Positions 9,028 to 18,224 of a DNA stretch of 64,000 bases are shown here, one piece after another; position 1 is the first letter of the stretch; the number at the start of each line of letters is the position of its first letter. Under the pieces are notes generated by a model that searched no databases, was not told the origin of the DNA, and saw only the letters and a list, made by a program, of their open reading frames with translations. The DNA lies in assembly GCA_964487695.1 (NCBI GenBank), contig CAZASC010000001.1, positions 43,570-107,569 of the forward strand, read 5' to 3'. Source of the DNA: an uncultured Victivallales bacterium. Lineage in GTDB: Bacteria > Verrucomicrobiota > Kiritimatiellia > UBA8416 > CAZASC01. The translations under genes were made by a program, and so were the position numbers.

Positions 9028-10789
9028 CGCAAAAGAGACTGGAACCAAGATCCAGGAGCCGAAGCAGGACAAGCCGTCGTTCGGCAACAAGCTGTTCGAT
9101 ATTCTTATCAGGAAGAATATCATACAGGCTGATCTGCTTGTCATGGCCGAAGAGGAGGCAAGGAGCGAGAACCTGCGGCTGGAAAAATATCTGGTGGACA
9201 AAAAGATGGTGTCCGGCGTGGAAATGACTCTTGCTCTATCGGAATATCTTGAAATGCCGCCTATTTCGCTGGCCCATTTTAGATTGGACAGCGTCCTCCT
9301 CGAAATGATTCCAATGCCAACACTGACCAAGCATCAGGTCATTCCTGTCGCACGTCTCGGCAAGACTTTGACAGTTGCACTGGCGGACCCCTTCGATATT
9401 TTTGCCTTGGATGAACTTCACATATTAACGGGGCTTGATATAACCCCGCTGGTCGCCGCCGAAAAAGAGGTCAAAGACGTCCTCGAACGATCCCGGACCG
9501 ACGGAGCTAAGTCGCTGGATATGGAAGACATCATGAAGGACACCGACAGCGAGGTCGAAATAGGTGCCCAGGAGGAGGCGGAAAAGCAAAGTCTTGAGGA
9601 CATGATGGATAGCGCCGAAGACGCGCCTGTAATCAAGATGGTGAACATGATCCTGATCGAGTCGCTCCGTCTGCGCGCGAACGACATCCATATAGAGCCC
9701 CAGGAGGATTATGTTCGTCTCAGATACAGAGTTGACGGCATACTGATCGAGAGACCTCACCTGCCCAAGACGATGCAATCGGCGATTATATCAAGAGTAA
9801 AGATCATGGCCGATCTGGACATTGGCGAATCGCGCGTGCCTCAGGACGGACGCTTCCGCATCACAGCCATGGGAAAGAAGATTGACGTGCGCGTCAGTGT
9901 ATTGCCCACCATTTATGGTGGTAAAGTCGTTATGCGAACACTCGACAAGAGCGCGCTGTTTCCAAATCTTGGCGCTCTCGGGCTTGACGATAGAGCATAT
10001 CAGGCCATGAGTTACGCCATATCCCAACCTCATGGCATCATTCTTGTGACAGGACCGACGGGCAGCGGCAAAACGACCACCTTGTATTCCTGTCTTCAGG
10101 AACTGAACAAGCCTGATGTAAACATCGTCACTTGCGAAGACCCGGTTGAGTATCAGCTCCTCGGCATCAATCAGGTCCGTATTCACGCCGATGTCGGATT
10201 GACTTTTTCAGCAGCGCTACGTTCCATCCTGCGGCAGGATCCCGACATTTGTCTTATCGGTGAGATTCGAGATTCAGAAACATGCGAGATCGCCATCAAG
10301 GCCGCGTTAACGGGACATCTTGTGCTGAGCACGCTGCACACAAACGATGCTGCCGGCGCAATAACGCGTCTTCTCGACATAGGCATAGAGCCGTTTTTGA
10401 TAGCGTCATCATTGATCCTCAGCCAAGCACAGCGGCTTTACAGAAAGTTGTGTCAGGTATGCAAGAAAGAAGCTCAGCCTGACCTGGCGCAAATGAAGGA
10501 ATATGGCGTTCGTCTCGATTACTTCAAAGACACCAAGATATATACTGCCCAAGGCTGTCCCAAGTGCCACGGAATTGGCTACTTCGGACGAGGTTCAATC
10601 ATGGAGGTTCTGCCTATTGACGATGAAATCAGAACAGCCATTCTTAAACAGGCAATCGCGTCAGAACTACGCGACATAGGCATTTCAAGAGGCATGACCA
10701 CCTTGATGGAGGCGGCTCTTGGAAGAGTGAAGGAAGGATTAACAAGTCTCGACACCGCAGTAAGAGTTGCAGGCGGTGGTGAAGAGTAA
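9017..10789 (+). CDS. GspE/PilB-family ATPase, paralog 2
   Basis: It has the same motif set (GPTGSGKTTT, DICLIGEIRD, TGHLVLSTLHTNDA, CQVCKKE...CPKCHGIG). Start choice: GTG 9017 overlaps the stop of paralog 1 and aligns the N-terminus with paralog 1. ATG 8978 or 8996 are alternatives. Confidence 0.85.
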   Translation: MAIDAKETGTKIQEPKQDKPSFGNKLFDILIRKNIIQADLLVMAEEEARSENLRLEKYLVDKKMVSGVEMTLALSEYLEMPPISLAHFRLDSVLLEMIPMPTLTKHQVIPVARLGKTLTVALADPFDIFALDELHILTGLDITPLVAAEKEVKDVLERSRTDGAKSLDMEDIMKDTDSEVEIGAQEEAEKQSLEDMMDSAEDAPVIKMVNMILIESLRLRANDIHIEPQEDYVRLRYRVDGILIERPHLPKTMQSAIISRVKIMADLDIGESRVPQDGRFRITAMGKKIDVRVSVLPTIYGGKVVMRTLDKSALFPNLGALGLDDRAYQAMSYAISQPHGIILVTGPTGSGKTTTLYSCLQELNKPDVNIVTCEDPVEYQLLGINQVRIHADVGLTFSAALRSILRQDPDICLIGEIRDSETCEIAIKAALTGHLVLSTLHTNDAAGAITRLLDIGIEPFLIASSLILSQAQRLYRKLCQVCKKEAQPDLAQMKEYGVRLDYFKDTKIYTAQGCPKCHGIGYFGRGSIMEVLPIDDEIRTAILKQAIASELRDIGISRGMTTLMEAALGRVKEGLTSLDTAVRVAGGGEE

Positions 10790-10801
10790 AGGAGAATAAG
10801 C

Positions 10802-11986
10802 ATGAGTCCTGTTGTTCGTGCCGCAGTGGCAACGTCCGCACCTAGTGCGGGTGCATCCACAACAAAGAAGACAGCGCAAGCGCCAGACGCTGGAGCACGC
10901 GCCAAGGCAAGGGGCCAGCAGAAGGTCGCCGGAGCATCCAAAATAGTGGAAAAAGATCTGCCGTCTTTCTCACGCCAGCTCGCGGCAATGTTATCGGCCG
11001 GCATGCCGATTGTCGCTTCCCTCGAGGCGCTTGAAGAGCAAACAGTGAATCCAAGCTTCAAGATGGTAATAGGCCGCGTCAAGAAGAGCATCGAAAATGG
11101 ATCCGCCTTCTCGGAGGCGTTACGCCAGTTTCCATCCATTTTCGATGAACTATATGCAAATATGGTGAAGGGCGGCGAAACAGGAGGCCAGCTTGCGGAG
11201 ACGATAGCCAGATTGGCCGGATTTCTTGAATCAAGTTCGAGACTCAGACGCAAGGTCAAATCGGCCATGATGTACCCGGTTATCGTGTTGTGCATATCCA
11301 TCGCGATAGCTGCCGGACTCATAACGTTCGTCGTTCCGGTTTTCGGTGACATGTTTAAGGATTTCGGCAAAAAGCTGCCAGCTCCCACCCAGTTCCTGCT
11401 CGATATGAGTGGTTTTCTCAAAGGGCCTGGCGGCATCGGCGTCATTGTGGGTATTACAGTCTCGGTCATTGGTTTTAAGAAATGGAAAGCGACTCCAAAA
11501 GGGGCCTATACGTTTGATATGCTTGCACTTAAGGCACCTGTCTTTGGGGAGTTGAATAAGAAAGTGGCCGCAGCGAGATTTGCGAGAACGTTCGGGCAGC
11601 TGATCCGAAGCGGTGTTCCTATTCTCACGGTTCTTGATATCGTCTCAGGGGCCACAGGCAACATGGTGTCGGGCAAGGTCATCATTGACGCAAAGGCATA
11701 CGTGGAGAAAGGCGAGCCGCTCTCTAACGCATTGCTTAAACAGACTGTTTTTCCTCCCATGCTTGTCAGAATGTTACAGGCAGGAGAGAAGACTGGCAAA
11801 ATCGACGACATGATGGATAGCATAGCTGATTTCTATGATGACGAGGTCGAGACAATGCTTGGCGGTTTGACATCGCTATTGGAACCGCTCCTCATGATTT
11901 TCCTGGGAATCATAATCGGCGGCATAGTCATATCAATGTTTCTTCCTATCTTCAAAATGGGTGATGCTGTTAGCGGTGGGCATTAA
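10802..11986 (+). CDS. GspF/PilC-family inner-membrane platform protein
   Basis: It contains duplicated T2SSF-type domains (FSRQLAAMLSAGMPIVASLEAL; FARTFGQLIRSGVPILTVLDIV). An AAGGAG RBS is present. There is an Ala/Lys-rich N-terminal extension of ~45 aa. Confidence 0.9.
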   Translation: MSPVVRAAVATSAPSAGASTTKKTAQAPDAGARAKARGQQKVAGASKIVEKDLPSFSRQLAAMLSAGMPIVASLEALEEQTVNPSFKMVIGRVKKSIENGSAFSEALRQFPSIFDELYANMVKGGETGGQLAETIARLAGFLESSSRLRRKVKSAMMYPVIVLCISIAIAAGLITFVVPVFGDMFKDFGKKLPAPTQFLLDMSGFLKGPGGIGVIVGITVSVIGFKKWKATPKGAYTFDMLALKAPVFGELNKKVAAARFARTFGQLIRSGVPILTVLDIVSGATGNMVSGKVIIDAKAYVEKGEPLSNALLKQTVFPPMLVRMLQAGEKTGKIDDMMDSIADFYDDEVETMLGGLTSLLEPLLMIFLGIIIGGIVISMFLPIFKMGDAVSGGH

Positions 11987-12023
11987 TGAAAAGGCATATT
12001 TGCCTGACAAGAACTTAGACAAG

Positions 12024-12067
12024 ATATTGAATACGTGTGTTTTGAGTCTGATTCACAATATTGAATA
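12024..12067. repeat. two copies of ATATTGAATA (12024-12033 and 12058-12067) in the AT-rich gap upstream of the response regulator
   Basis: Read directly from the sequence. The second copy reads AATATT-G-AATATT. Confidence 0.6.
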
Positions 12068-12201
12068 TTTGATAAAGCTAAAAAATGAGAATTTGGCGCT
12101 TTACATGATATAGCCCCTGGATTAGCCTATTCTCGCGAAGACTGTAGAGGAGAAGCCTCTGCCGCCGCCTTCGCTTTATCGTTCTGTCCATTGGGGCTAC
12201 T

Positions 12202-13578
12202 ATGTCGCGTGTTTTGCTGGTAGATGACGAGCCTAGTATTTTGTCCGTCCTGTCCACGCTGCTAAAGGCAGAGGGCTACGACGTGGTTTCCGTGCTGGGT
12301 GGAGAGAAAGCCAAAGAACTGCTCACCTCTGAAGAGTTTGACCTCATGCTCACCGACATCCGCATGTCACCAGTCAACGGCGTTGAGCTCCTCAAACTTG
12401 CCCACAGTGAACGACCGGCGATGTCCGTCATTATGCTCACAGCTTACGGTTCCGTTGAAACTGCAATCGAAGCTTTGAAATTCGGGGCCTTCGACTACAT
12501 TACAAAGCCTTTCAAAGTAGACGAACTTCTCATCACTGTGCAGCGCGGGATCGAGTATAACAGGGCGCTAACGGAGAACGCAGATCTCAAGGCACAACTC
12601 GGATTGCGTTACCAGTTGGAAAGCATTGTTGCAGAAAGCGCCGCAATGAAGAATGTATGCGAAATGATAAAGAAGGTTGCGCCTACCGACACCACTGTTC
12701 TGATCTATGGCGAAAGCGGAACAGGCAAGGAACTGGTTGCAAAGGCGATACACGCCTATAGCCGTCGCAAGGACAAGAACTTTCTTGCCGTCAACTGCGC
12801 CGCGCTTCCAGAACCGCTTCTCGAATCAGAAATGTTCGGACACGTAAAAGGCGCATTCACAGGCGCGACAGCGAGCAAAACCGGCCTTTTCGAGGCTGCC
12901 ACTGGCGGCACCATTTTCCTGGATGAAATAGGATCCATGCCTCTGAGCATTCAGAGCAAACTGCTTCGCGTTCTTCAGGAAAAAGAGGTTCGAAAGGTCG
13001 GCAGCAACGACAATGTCGCAATTGACACGCGAGTCCTTGCCGCAACAAACACAAACCTCGAAACTCTCATTGCCGAAGGCAAGTTCAGGGAAGATTTATA
13101 TTACAGATTGAGCGTCATCCCAATCGAAATAAAACCATTGCGAGAACGGCAAGAGGATATTCTGCCTCTTGTTTACCATTTGATCCAAAAAGAAGGGAAA
13201 GCTTCCGGGGAAACAAAAGCTCTACCATCAGTGGACTCCGAAGTTTGCGCCATTATGGAGTCGTATCCATGGCCCGGCAACGTCAGAGAACTCGAAAATG
13301 CCGTCAAACATGCCTTTACTTTCGTCAAGAACAACAGAATCACGAAGGATACCCTTCCACCAAAGATTGCAGCAACACCAGTTCGACAGCAGGGACGGTC
13401 TTCTTTGGCCGACCTCGACGCTACGAAATGCAAGTCTTTAAAGGCTTTTATACGGACGAAGGAAAAAGAGTATCTTTCCCAGGTTCTCTCTCATACCTCG
13501 GGCGATAAGCAGAGAGCGGCCGATGCGCTTAAAATCAGTTTAGCCACTCTTTATCGCAAACTTCCAGAATCAGAGTGA
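12202..13578 (+). CDS. sigma-54-dependent response regulator (NtrC/PilR-type enhancer-binding protein)
   Basis: It has a receiver domain (VLLVDDEPSIL...DLMLTDIRMSP), an AAA+ domain with GESGTGKELVA and the GAFTGA loop, and a C-terminal Fis-type HTH (AADALKISLATLYRKL). Confidence 0.9.
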   Translation: MSRVLLVDDEPSILSVLSTLLKAEGYDVVSVLGGEKAKELLTSEEFDLMLTDIRMSPVNGVELLKLAHSERPAMSVIMLTAYGSVETAIEALKFGAFDYITKPFKVDELLITVQRGIEYNRALTENADLKAQLGLRYQLESIVAESAAMKNVCEMIKKVAPTDTTVLIYGESGTGKELVAKAIHAYSRRKDKNFLAVNCAALPEPLLESEMFGHVKGAFTGATASKTGLFEAATGGTIFLDEIGSMPLSIQSKLLRVLQEKEVRKVGSNDNVAIDTRVLAATNTNLETLIAEGKFREDLYYRLSVIPIEIKPLRERQEDILPLVYHLIQKEGKASGETKALPSVDSEVCAIMESYPWPGNVRELENAVKHAFTFVKNNRITKDTLPPKIAATPVRQQGRSSLADLDATKCKSLKAFIRTKEKEYLSQVLSHTSGDKQRAADALKISLATLYRKLPESE

Positions 13579-14142
13579 ACTGCCGTCATCGCCATCTGAT
13601 TTCTTTTCTTCAAGTATCTCAATTATTTCTTTCAACTGATCAGGTGCTGAGTTGGTTTTCACGGTATCATCAGGCTGCTTATTCCTCATTTCCTCACGCA
13701 ACGCCGCCAGTTCGTCGCCAAGATGGATTTTTTCCTTCTCAACATCGGCGAGGCTGGATTTCAACTCATCAAGCTCCGTCTTCATCTTTGCGATGGCTTC
13801 GGAATCCATCTCCGCATTTTTCTGCCTCTTTTTGTCCAATTCACTTTGCATGATGATTTCCGCACCAATCATCTTCTCAATTTGCATCCTCAAAGGTTCA
13901 TTCGTCGCCTTCTCATCCACATACTTTGCTTCAGCTGCCTCGGCCCTGTTCGACTGCACAGCAGCCTCGCTTTCGAGCCTGAGCATTTTATCTTCGAGCA
14001 CCTTGAGCTTCGCATCATGGACATCAGCTGCACGCAACTCGGCGACCTTGCCTGTCGCATTCAGGCCGCGGCAACTCAGATAGATCGCGACAGCAAGCAG
14101 TAGAGCCACAAGACCTGATATTATGATTCCACGATGTTTCAT
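13570..14142 (-). CDS. membrane-anchored coiled-coil protein, hypothetical
   Basis: There is an N-terminal TM helix (IIISGLVALLLAVAIYL) followed by a heptad-rich E/K/L region. The ATG overlaps the upstream stop (ATGA at 14139-14142). Confidence 0.6.
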   Translation of the reverse strand: MKHRGIIISGLVALLLAVAIYLSCRGLNATGKVAELRAADVHDAKLKVLEDKMLRLESEAAVQSNRAEAAEAKYVDEKATNEPLRMQIEKMIGAEIIMQSELDKKRQKNAEMDSEAIAKMKTELDELKSSLADVEKEKIHLGDELAALREEMRNKQPDDTVKTNSAPDQLKEIIEILEEKKSDGDDGSSL

Positions 14143-15674
14143 ATCCTATCGATCCCATCTGGCTGGATTATCTCGAATAAGCGCCAGTCACCATAATCGC
14201 TATCGTACAATATGCCCGGAGCACCTAAATCGTATATACCGTCATACTTCCAGTGAATGCTTTCCATCGCGCTTCTTCCTTCAGGGCGATGGATCAGCAC
14301 ATATAAAGCGTATCCGGGGTAATCACTTTTAGCTTTATTGAAATTTAAGTCAAGTGAGCGCAAGAAAAGTGAATTAGTGTCAGGCCCGACCATGATCAAG
14401 CTATCATACCCACATATGTATATTTTTGAGTGCGGCGACCTCATCCTCACGTCCCGTCCTACGGCAGCGAGCAACTCACTGTGATTCTCACTAACATTGG
14501 CTACTTCCTCCTCCGATTCCTTTGACACAGCACCCCACGGATTGGGCATAAGAATCATTATTGCCGTCAACACGATCGGCACTAAAGACAGCAAATATGG
14601 CCAGATCAGTGGAGCGAGTCCGGTCTCGGGAAGATGTAAATCCGGGCCTTGTTTCTCCGCCGAGTAGACAACAGCCAGTATCGTCAACGGATAAAGACAG
14701 TATAGAATCGGCGACGAAGGACGAAGAACGCCACGCGAGGCAAGAAACAATCCTAGAAGCATGGGAACAATACCGAGTATTCCAATGAATATGCCATCAC
14801 GATTCTTCCTGGCTATGGACACGACAAGCGCAACCACTGCTGTCCAACTTGTCAGGTAGTGTGCGCTGGAGATCCTTGTAGCAGTTCCGCAGTGTGCTAC
14901 CGAGTTGCGAAAGAGCGGCACAAAAGAATGTGTAAAGTATAGCGCATCGCCCATGACCAGCCAGTTCGACAGGATCCAGAGAGCAAAAATGTAAACCGTT
15001 GGTAACAGCGTAAGAATCAAAACAGCATCCAAATCCTCTCTGTTCTCATTGGAGCTAATCATGTCTGTCAGCAGAAGCAGGAATACAACTGCAACCCACA
15101 TGCTCATCTCGCAACTGGACACCAATAACAAGGCGGATCCGACGCCAAGATGCGCAAGGAACCTCAGCTTTCTAAACATGATCCATTGTAAAAGGCTGTG
15201 TGCTACCAATAGGGCAAAAAAGATTACTGTTGTTTGGGAGGTTCCATTGCCAGATGCATCGATAAAGAAGGGATTTGCGGCAAGAGCCAGTACCATTGGA
15301 AACCGGGCCCAACCCAGTTTGCAGTCGCGCAAAGCCCTCTCAAAAACGTAAAGCGCACCCGCACCCAGCAACGCGCTCACCGCAAGCGATGCAAACGGAC
15401 GAACTCCAGCTACCGGGAATGCAACAAAAGGAATCCTTAACAAAGCAGGTAAAGGTGGCCACCATACAGAACCGATTAGAGCCTGCCGTCCCTCCACGCT
15501 ACTATTCATGAGTTCCCGGCATATCGCCTCGTATATTAGTGCGACGCCGGACACATTCTTTACATGCGCCGCCACAGTGGCAAACACGGCACACCCATAG
15601 AGCGCCGATAACAGAAACACTATTCTCGCCCCATCTGGATTCCGTTTAAATCGTATTCTCTCGAAAAACGCCAT
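14139..15674 (-). CDS. polytopic membrane protein, possibly a GT-C-fold (ArnT/PMT-like) glycosyltransferase, with a C-terminal soluble domain
   Basis: It has about 10 hydrophobic segments. The first loop, YEAICRELMNS...WWPPLP, resembles the ArnT/PMT loop (YAEISREM...KPPL). The functional call is weak. Confidence 0.5.
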   Translation of the reverse strand: MAFFERIRFKRNPDGARIVFLLSALYGCAVFATVAAHVKNVSGVALIYEAICRELMNSSVEGRQALIGSVWWPPLPALLRIPFVAFPVAGVRPFASLAVSALLGAGALYVFERALRDCKLGWARFPMVLALAANPFFIDASGNGTSQTTVIFFALLVAHSLLQWIMFRKLRFLAHLGVGSALLLVSSCEMSMWVAVVFLLLLTDMISSNENREDLDAVLILTLLPTVYIFALWILSNWLVMGDALYFTHSFVPLFRNSVAHCGTATRISSAHYLTSWTAVVALVVSIARKNRDGIFIGILGIVPMLLGLFLASRGVLRPSSPILYCLYPLTILAVVYSAEKQGPDLHLPETGLAPLIWPYLLSLVPIVLTAIMILMPNPWGAVSKESEEEVANVSENHSELLAAVGRDVRMRSPHSKIYICGYDSLIMVGPDTNSLFLRSLDLNFNKAKSDYPGYALYVLIHRPEGRSAMESIHWKYDGIYDLGAPGILYDSDYGDWRLFEIIQPDGIDRI

Positions 15675-15715
15675 GCCTGATTCTCTCGCCCTGAAAAAGA
15701 TTTGCTAAAATCGTA

Positions 15716-17851
15716 TTAATGCCTGCCATACGGATCGTTCATCGCCAGACACCGAGCAATCAGAGCAGCTACAAATCGTTGGCCATGCTCCGACAGCTCG
15801 AGGTTGTCTGCTTTTGAAAAAAGGTCAACCATGCCGCCGCCACTTCCCATAAAAGCGCTATAGACGTCGGCAACGGGTATTCCACGTGCAACCGCCACCC
15901 TAACAATCGCGGCTGCGAACGATCTGGCTCTAGACGGATCGGGTTCAGAAGGAAACGGCGTCATCAAGATCACTGGTATCTTCATTGTTGAGGAGACCAT
16001 ATCGATAACAGCTGCCAAATCCCGCTCGAATTCTGCCGGATCCATCCTTTCAAGAACGCCGCGACATCCGACATTCATTACTACGGCATCCACGCCGGAT
16101 GTTGACACTGTCCCGACGTCTAACAGCATCCGCATCGGCCCATAAACCGAGACAGGTTCCCTGCCCTCGGATTCTGCAGGATTTCCGGAAAAAGACAGTT
16201 TCCAGTCTTTCGGTTCTCCAGAAACAATCGAACAGCCGGAGCCATCAATATAAAGTAGATTCCGACCACCCGCGATTGAGATTTTCGACTGATGGAACTT
16301 GCCCGCAACCTGACAAGGCAAAAGAACAAGCATGCCGCCATCTCGTCCAAACATATGGTCTCCCTCAATCCTAGCCGGAAGTTCCGGAAACGGAGGACGA
16401 ATAAATCTTATTGCACCTGAAGCTATGTCAACGCCAGCATGGATCAGCCTCCATTGCACGGAGGCAAGCGCACCGGCATTCGTTTTAACAAGAGGAACAT
16501 TGATCTGATCGCCTTTGAGTTTGATGACCTTGCGGCTGTTCTTTATTTTGTCACAATCGCCCATCGACTCATATTGAATATCAACATTCACTGCTTCTCG
16601 AAAAGAGCCTGAGACCCTAAGAACTGGTTCAATGACGTCATTCTCGTAACACACGGGCGGAAGCATCACCACATCGGCGCTTAGAGTGCATGCCTTTGGC
16701 TCAACAAACCGGCAGTCCAGCATACGCGTGCAAGTCCCGGTAAATCCAAGCGAGTCCCTGACATCAAGTGTTGCTTGATATACTGCTGGATTCGTGAGCA
16801 CGAGCGTCAGCGTTCCGTTCGTATTGTTATGTTCGCTGCCTACGGACCAATGGCTGTGTGTTGCGGTTTGAAGCAGGCTCTCCGTGGTGTTCCGGAATCT
16901 CACTGGTATAAATACACTGTCGGTTCCGCGTATCGAGTAAGCGGGCATCATTTCGAAAGAGAAATCCGGAAATAAAGGCTGTGTCATATTTTCTATTCTT
17001 GCATTTTCAGCCTCAGTTCCTGTCAATAATGCCGTCCTTGGAATAGAGGTTATATTATCGTCGCCAGGTATGCTCCAACCTGCCTCGATGTTTGGGCGGC
17101 ATCCGCAGCAATTGTAGATTTCGACCTTGTGTATACCGGCTGTCAAACAAATGTTACTGCCAGCGCTCCATTCTCCCGGCGCGTGTTCGCCGGGCTTACT
17201 CGCGACATTCTCGCCATCAACGAACATAAAACCGGCATCTTTGCAATCCAACGCAAAGCGATATATTCCCTGCGTCGGACAGAGGATGAGCGACTGTGCG
17301 TGTACGATCAGGATAGACTGATTGTGTTTATCATTAGTCGGTCCGGAGAACATGCCCACATTCCCAAAATCGGAACAATGGAACTCATCAGTCTCCCTCG
17401 AATTCCGCTGCAAATAGAGCATGTTTGGCCATGTATTCGGTATTCCCCGTCCGCTTCCCCGGCGGATCTCGACATGCACCGGCAGCGGATCGCTCATGGA
17501 ATTCGATCTTGCGGCAAGGCCACCGCTGTTATCCACTCCTCCGAAGTAGACGGATATTCGTTGTTTTCTGTTTGTTGTTGGAATTTGCGTGAGAACGCAT
17601 GCATCCTCTGAAGCACCGGCAATACGACAGCAAGGCCATTGAGTCCCAGAGGAGTCCAGTGCAACACAAAACAGGTTGCCAGTAACACTCGCTGATGGAA
17701 TCCTGACCAAAACATAATCGAAGGCATCTTCCGGCGGCACGAACACTATTCGCTTCGGATAATCCGGCAAGCGCCATTCAGGATCGCGTGCAAGCGAACT
17801 CATTGAAGCGCAGCAAAACAAGACAAGGACTATTGCAAAGACTTTTGACAT
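15716..17851 (-). CDS. secreted multidomain protein with a PA14-like domain, a PKD-like segment and a C-terminal SGNH/GDSL-like hydrolase fold
   Basis: The signal peptide is MSKVFAIVLVLFCCASMSSLA. The PA14-like stretch is YRFALDCKDAGFMFVDGENV...HKVEIY. The C-terminus (VVMNVG...PVILMTPFP...IPVADVY) resembles SGNH esterases. Confidence 0.55.
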   Translation of the reverse strand: MSKVFAIVLVLFCCASMSSLARDPEWRLPDYPKRIVFVPPEDAFDYVLVRIPSASVTGNLFCVALDSSGTQWPCCRIAGASEDACVLTQIPTTNRKQRISVYFGGVDNSGGLAARSNSMSDPLPVHVEIRRGSGRGIPNTWPNMLYLQRNSRETDEFHCSDFGNVGMFSGPTNDKHNQSILIVHAQSLILCPTQGIYRFALDCKDAGFMFVDGENVASKPGEHAPGEWSAGSNICLTAGIHKVEIYNCCGCRPNIEAGWSIPGDDNITSIPRTALLTGTEAENARIENMTQPLFPDFSFEMMPAYSIRGTDSVFIPVRFRNTTESLLQTATHSHWSVGSEHNNTNGTLTLVLTNPAVYQATLDVRDSLGFTGTCTRMLDCRFVEPKACTLSADVVMLPPVCYENDVIEPVLRVSGSFREAVNVDIQYESMGDCDKIKNSRKVIKLKGDQINVPLVKTNAGALASVQWRLIHAGVDIASGAIRFIRPPFPELPARIEGDHMFGRDGGMLVLLPCQVAGKFHQSKISIAGGRNLLYIDGSGCSIVSGEPKDWKLSFSGNPAESEGREPVSVYGPMRMLLDVGTVSTSGVDAVVMNVGCRGVLERMDPAEFERDLAAVIDMVSSTMKIPVILMTPFPSEPDPSRARSFAAAIVRVAVARGIPVADVYSAFMGSGGGMVDLFSKADNLELSEHGQRFVAALIARCLAMNDPYGRH

Positions 17852-18224
17852 GTCGTCTCAATTGTATCGTGACATTTGCGCCAGACAGCCAATCTTCATC
17901 GTGATTACCGCATGTGCATTTCCGGCAATCGATATTGTCGGGCATTCTTCCGGCGCACAAACGTTTGCTTGTAACGCCAAAATCTCAGTTTGGCCCGATG
18001 GAGTCAAGAATGTACCGGTATTTCCTACCATCACTAAATTGCCTTTCTGTCGTCTGCTAAAAGTAAGCTACGCTTCCGCTGATACGGCGCTGCCCCAGAC
18101 CACTGAGGATCCACAAATCATGAAACCCAGGCGATTCGAGAACGGTATTCTCGACAAAACGTAGGAATATATGTTACACTATGACGAATGAATAGAAAGA
18201 CGATCTGCCCTTAGGTTTGAAGCT

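Noticed and set aside
10579-11469. 296-aa ORF on the minus strand
   Set aside because: It is antisense to the end of GspE paralog 2 and to the GspF/PilC gene, and the product is low complexity.
12094-12108. TGGCGC motif as a sigma-54 promoter for the response-regulator gene
   Set aside because: No GC dinucleotide lies at the required GG-N10-GC spacing; the sequence is TGGCGCTTTACATGA.
17850-18164. 104-aa ORF in the 373-nt divergent intergenic region
   Set aside because: It has no RBS. Its ATG overlaps the ATG of the opposite-strand PA14 gene. The composition is not protein-like, so I treat the region as a promoter region.
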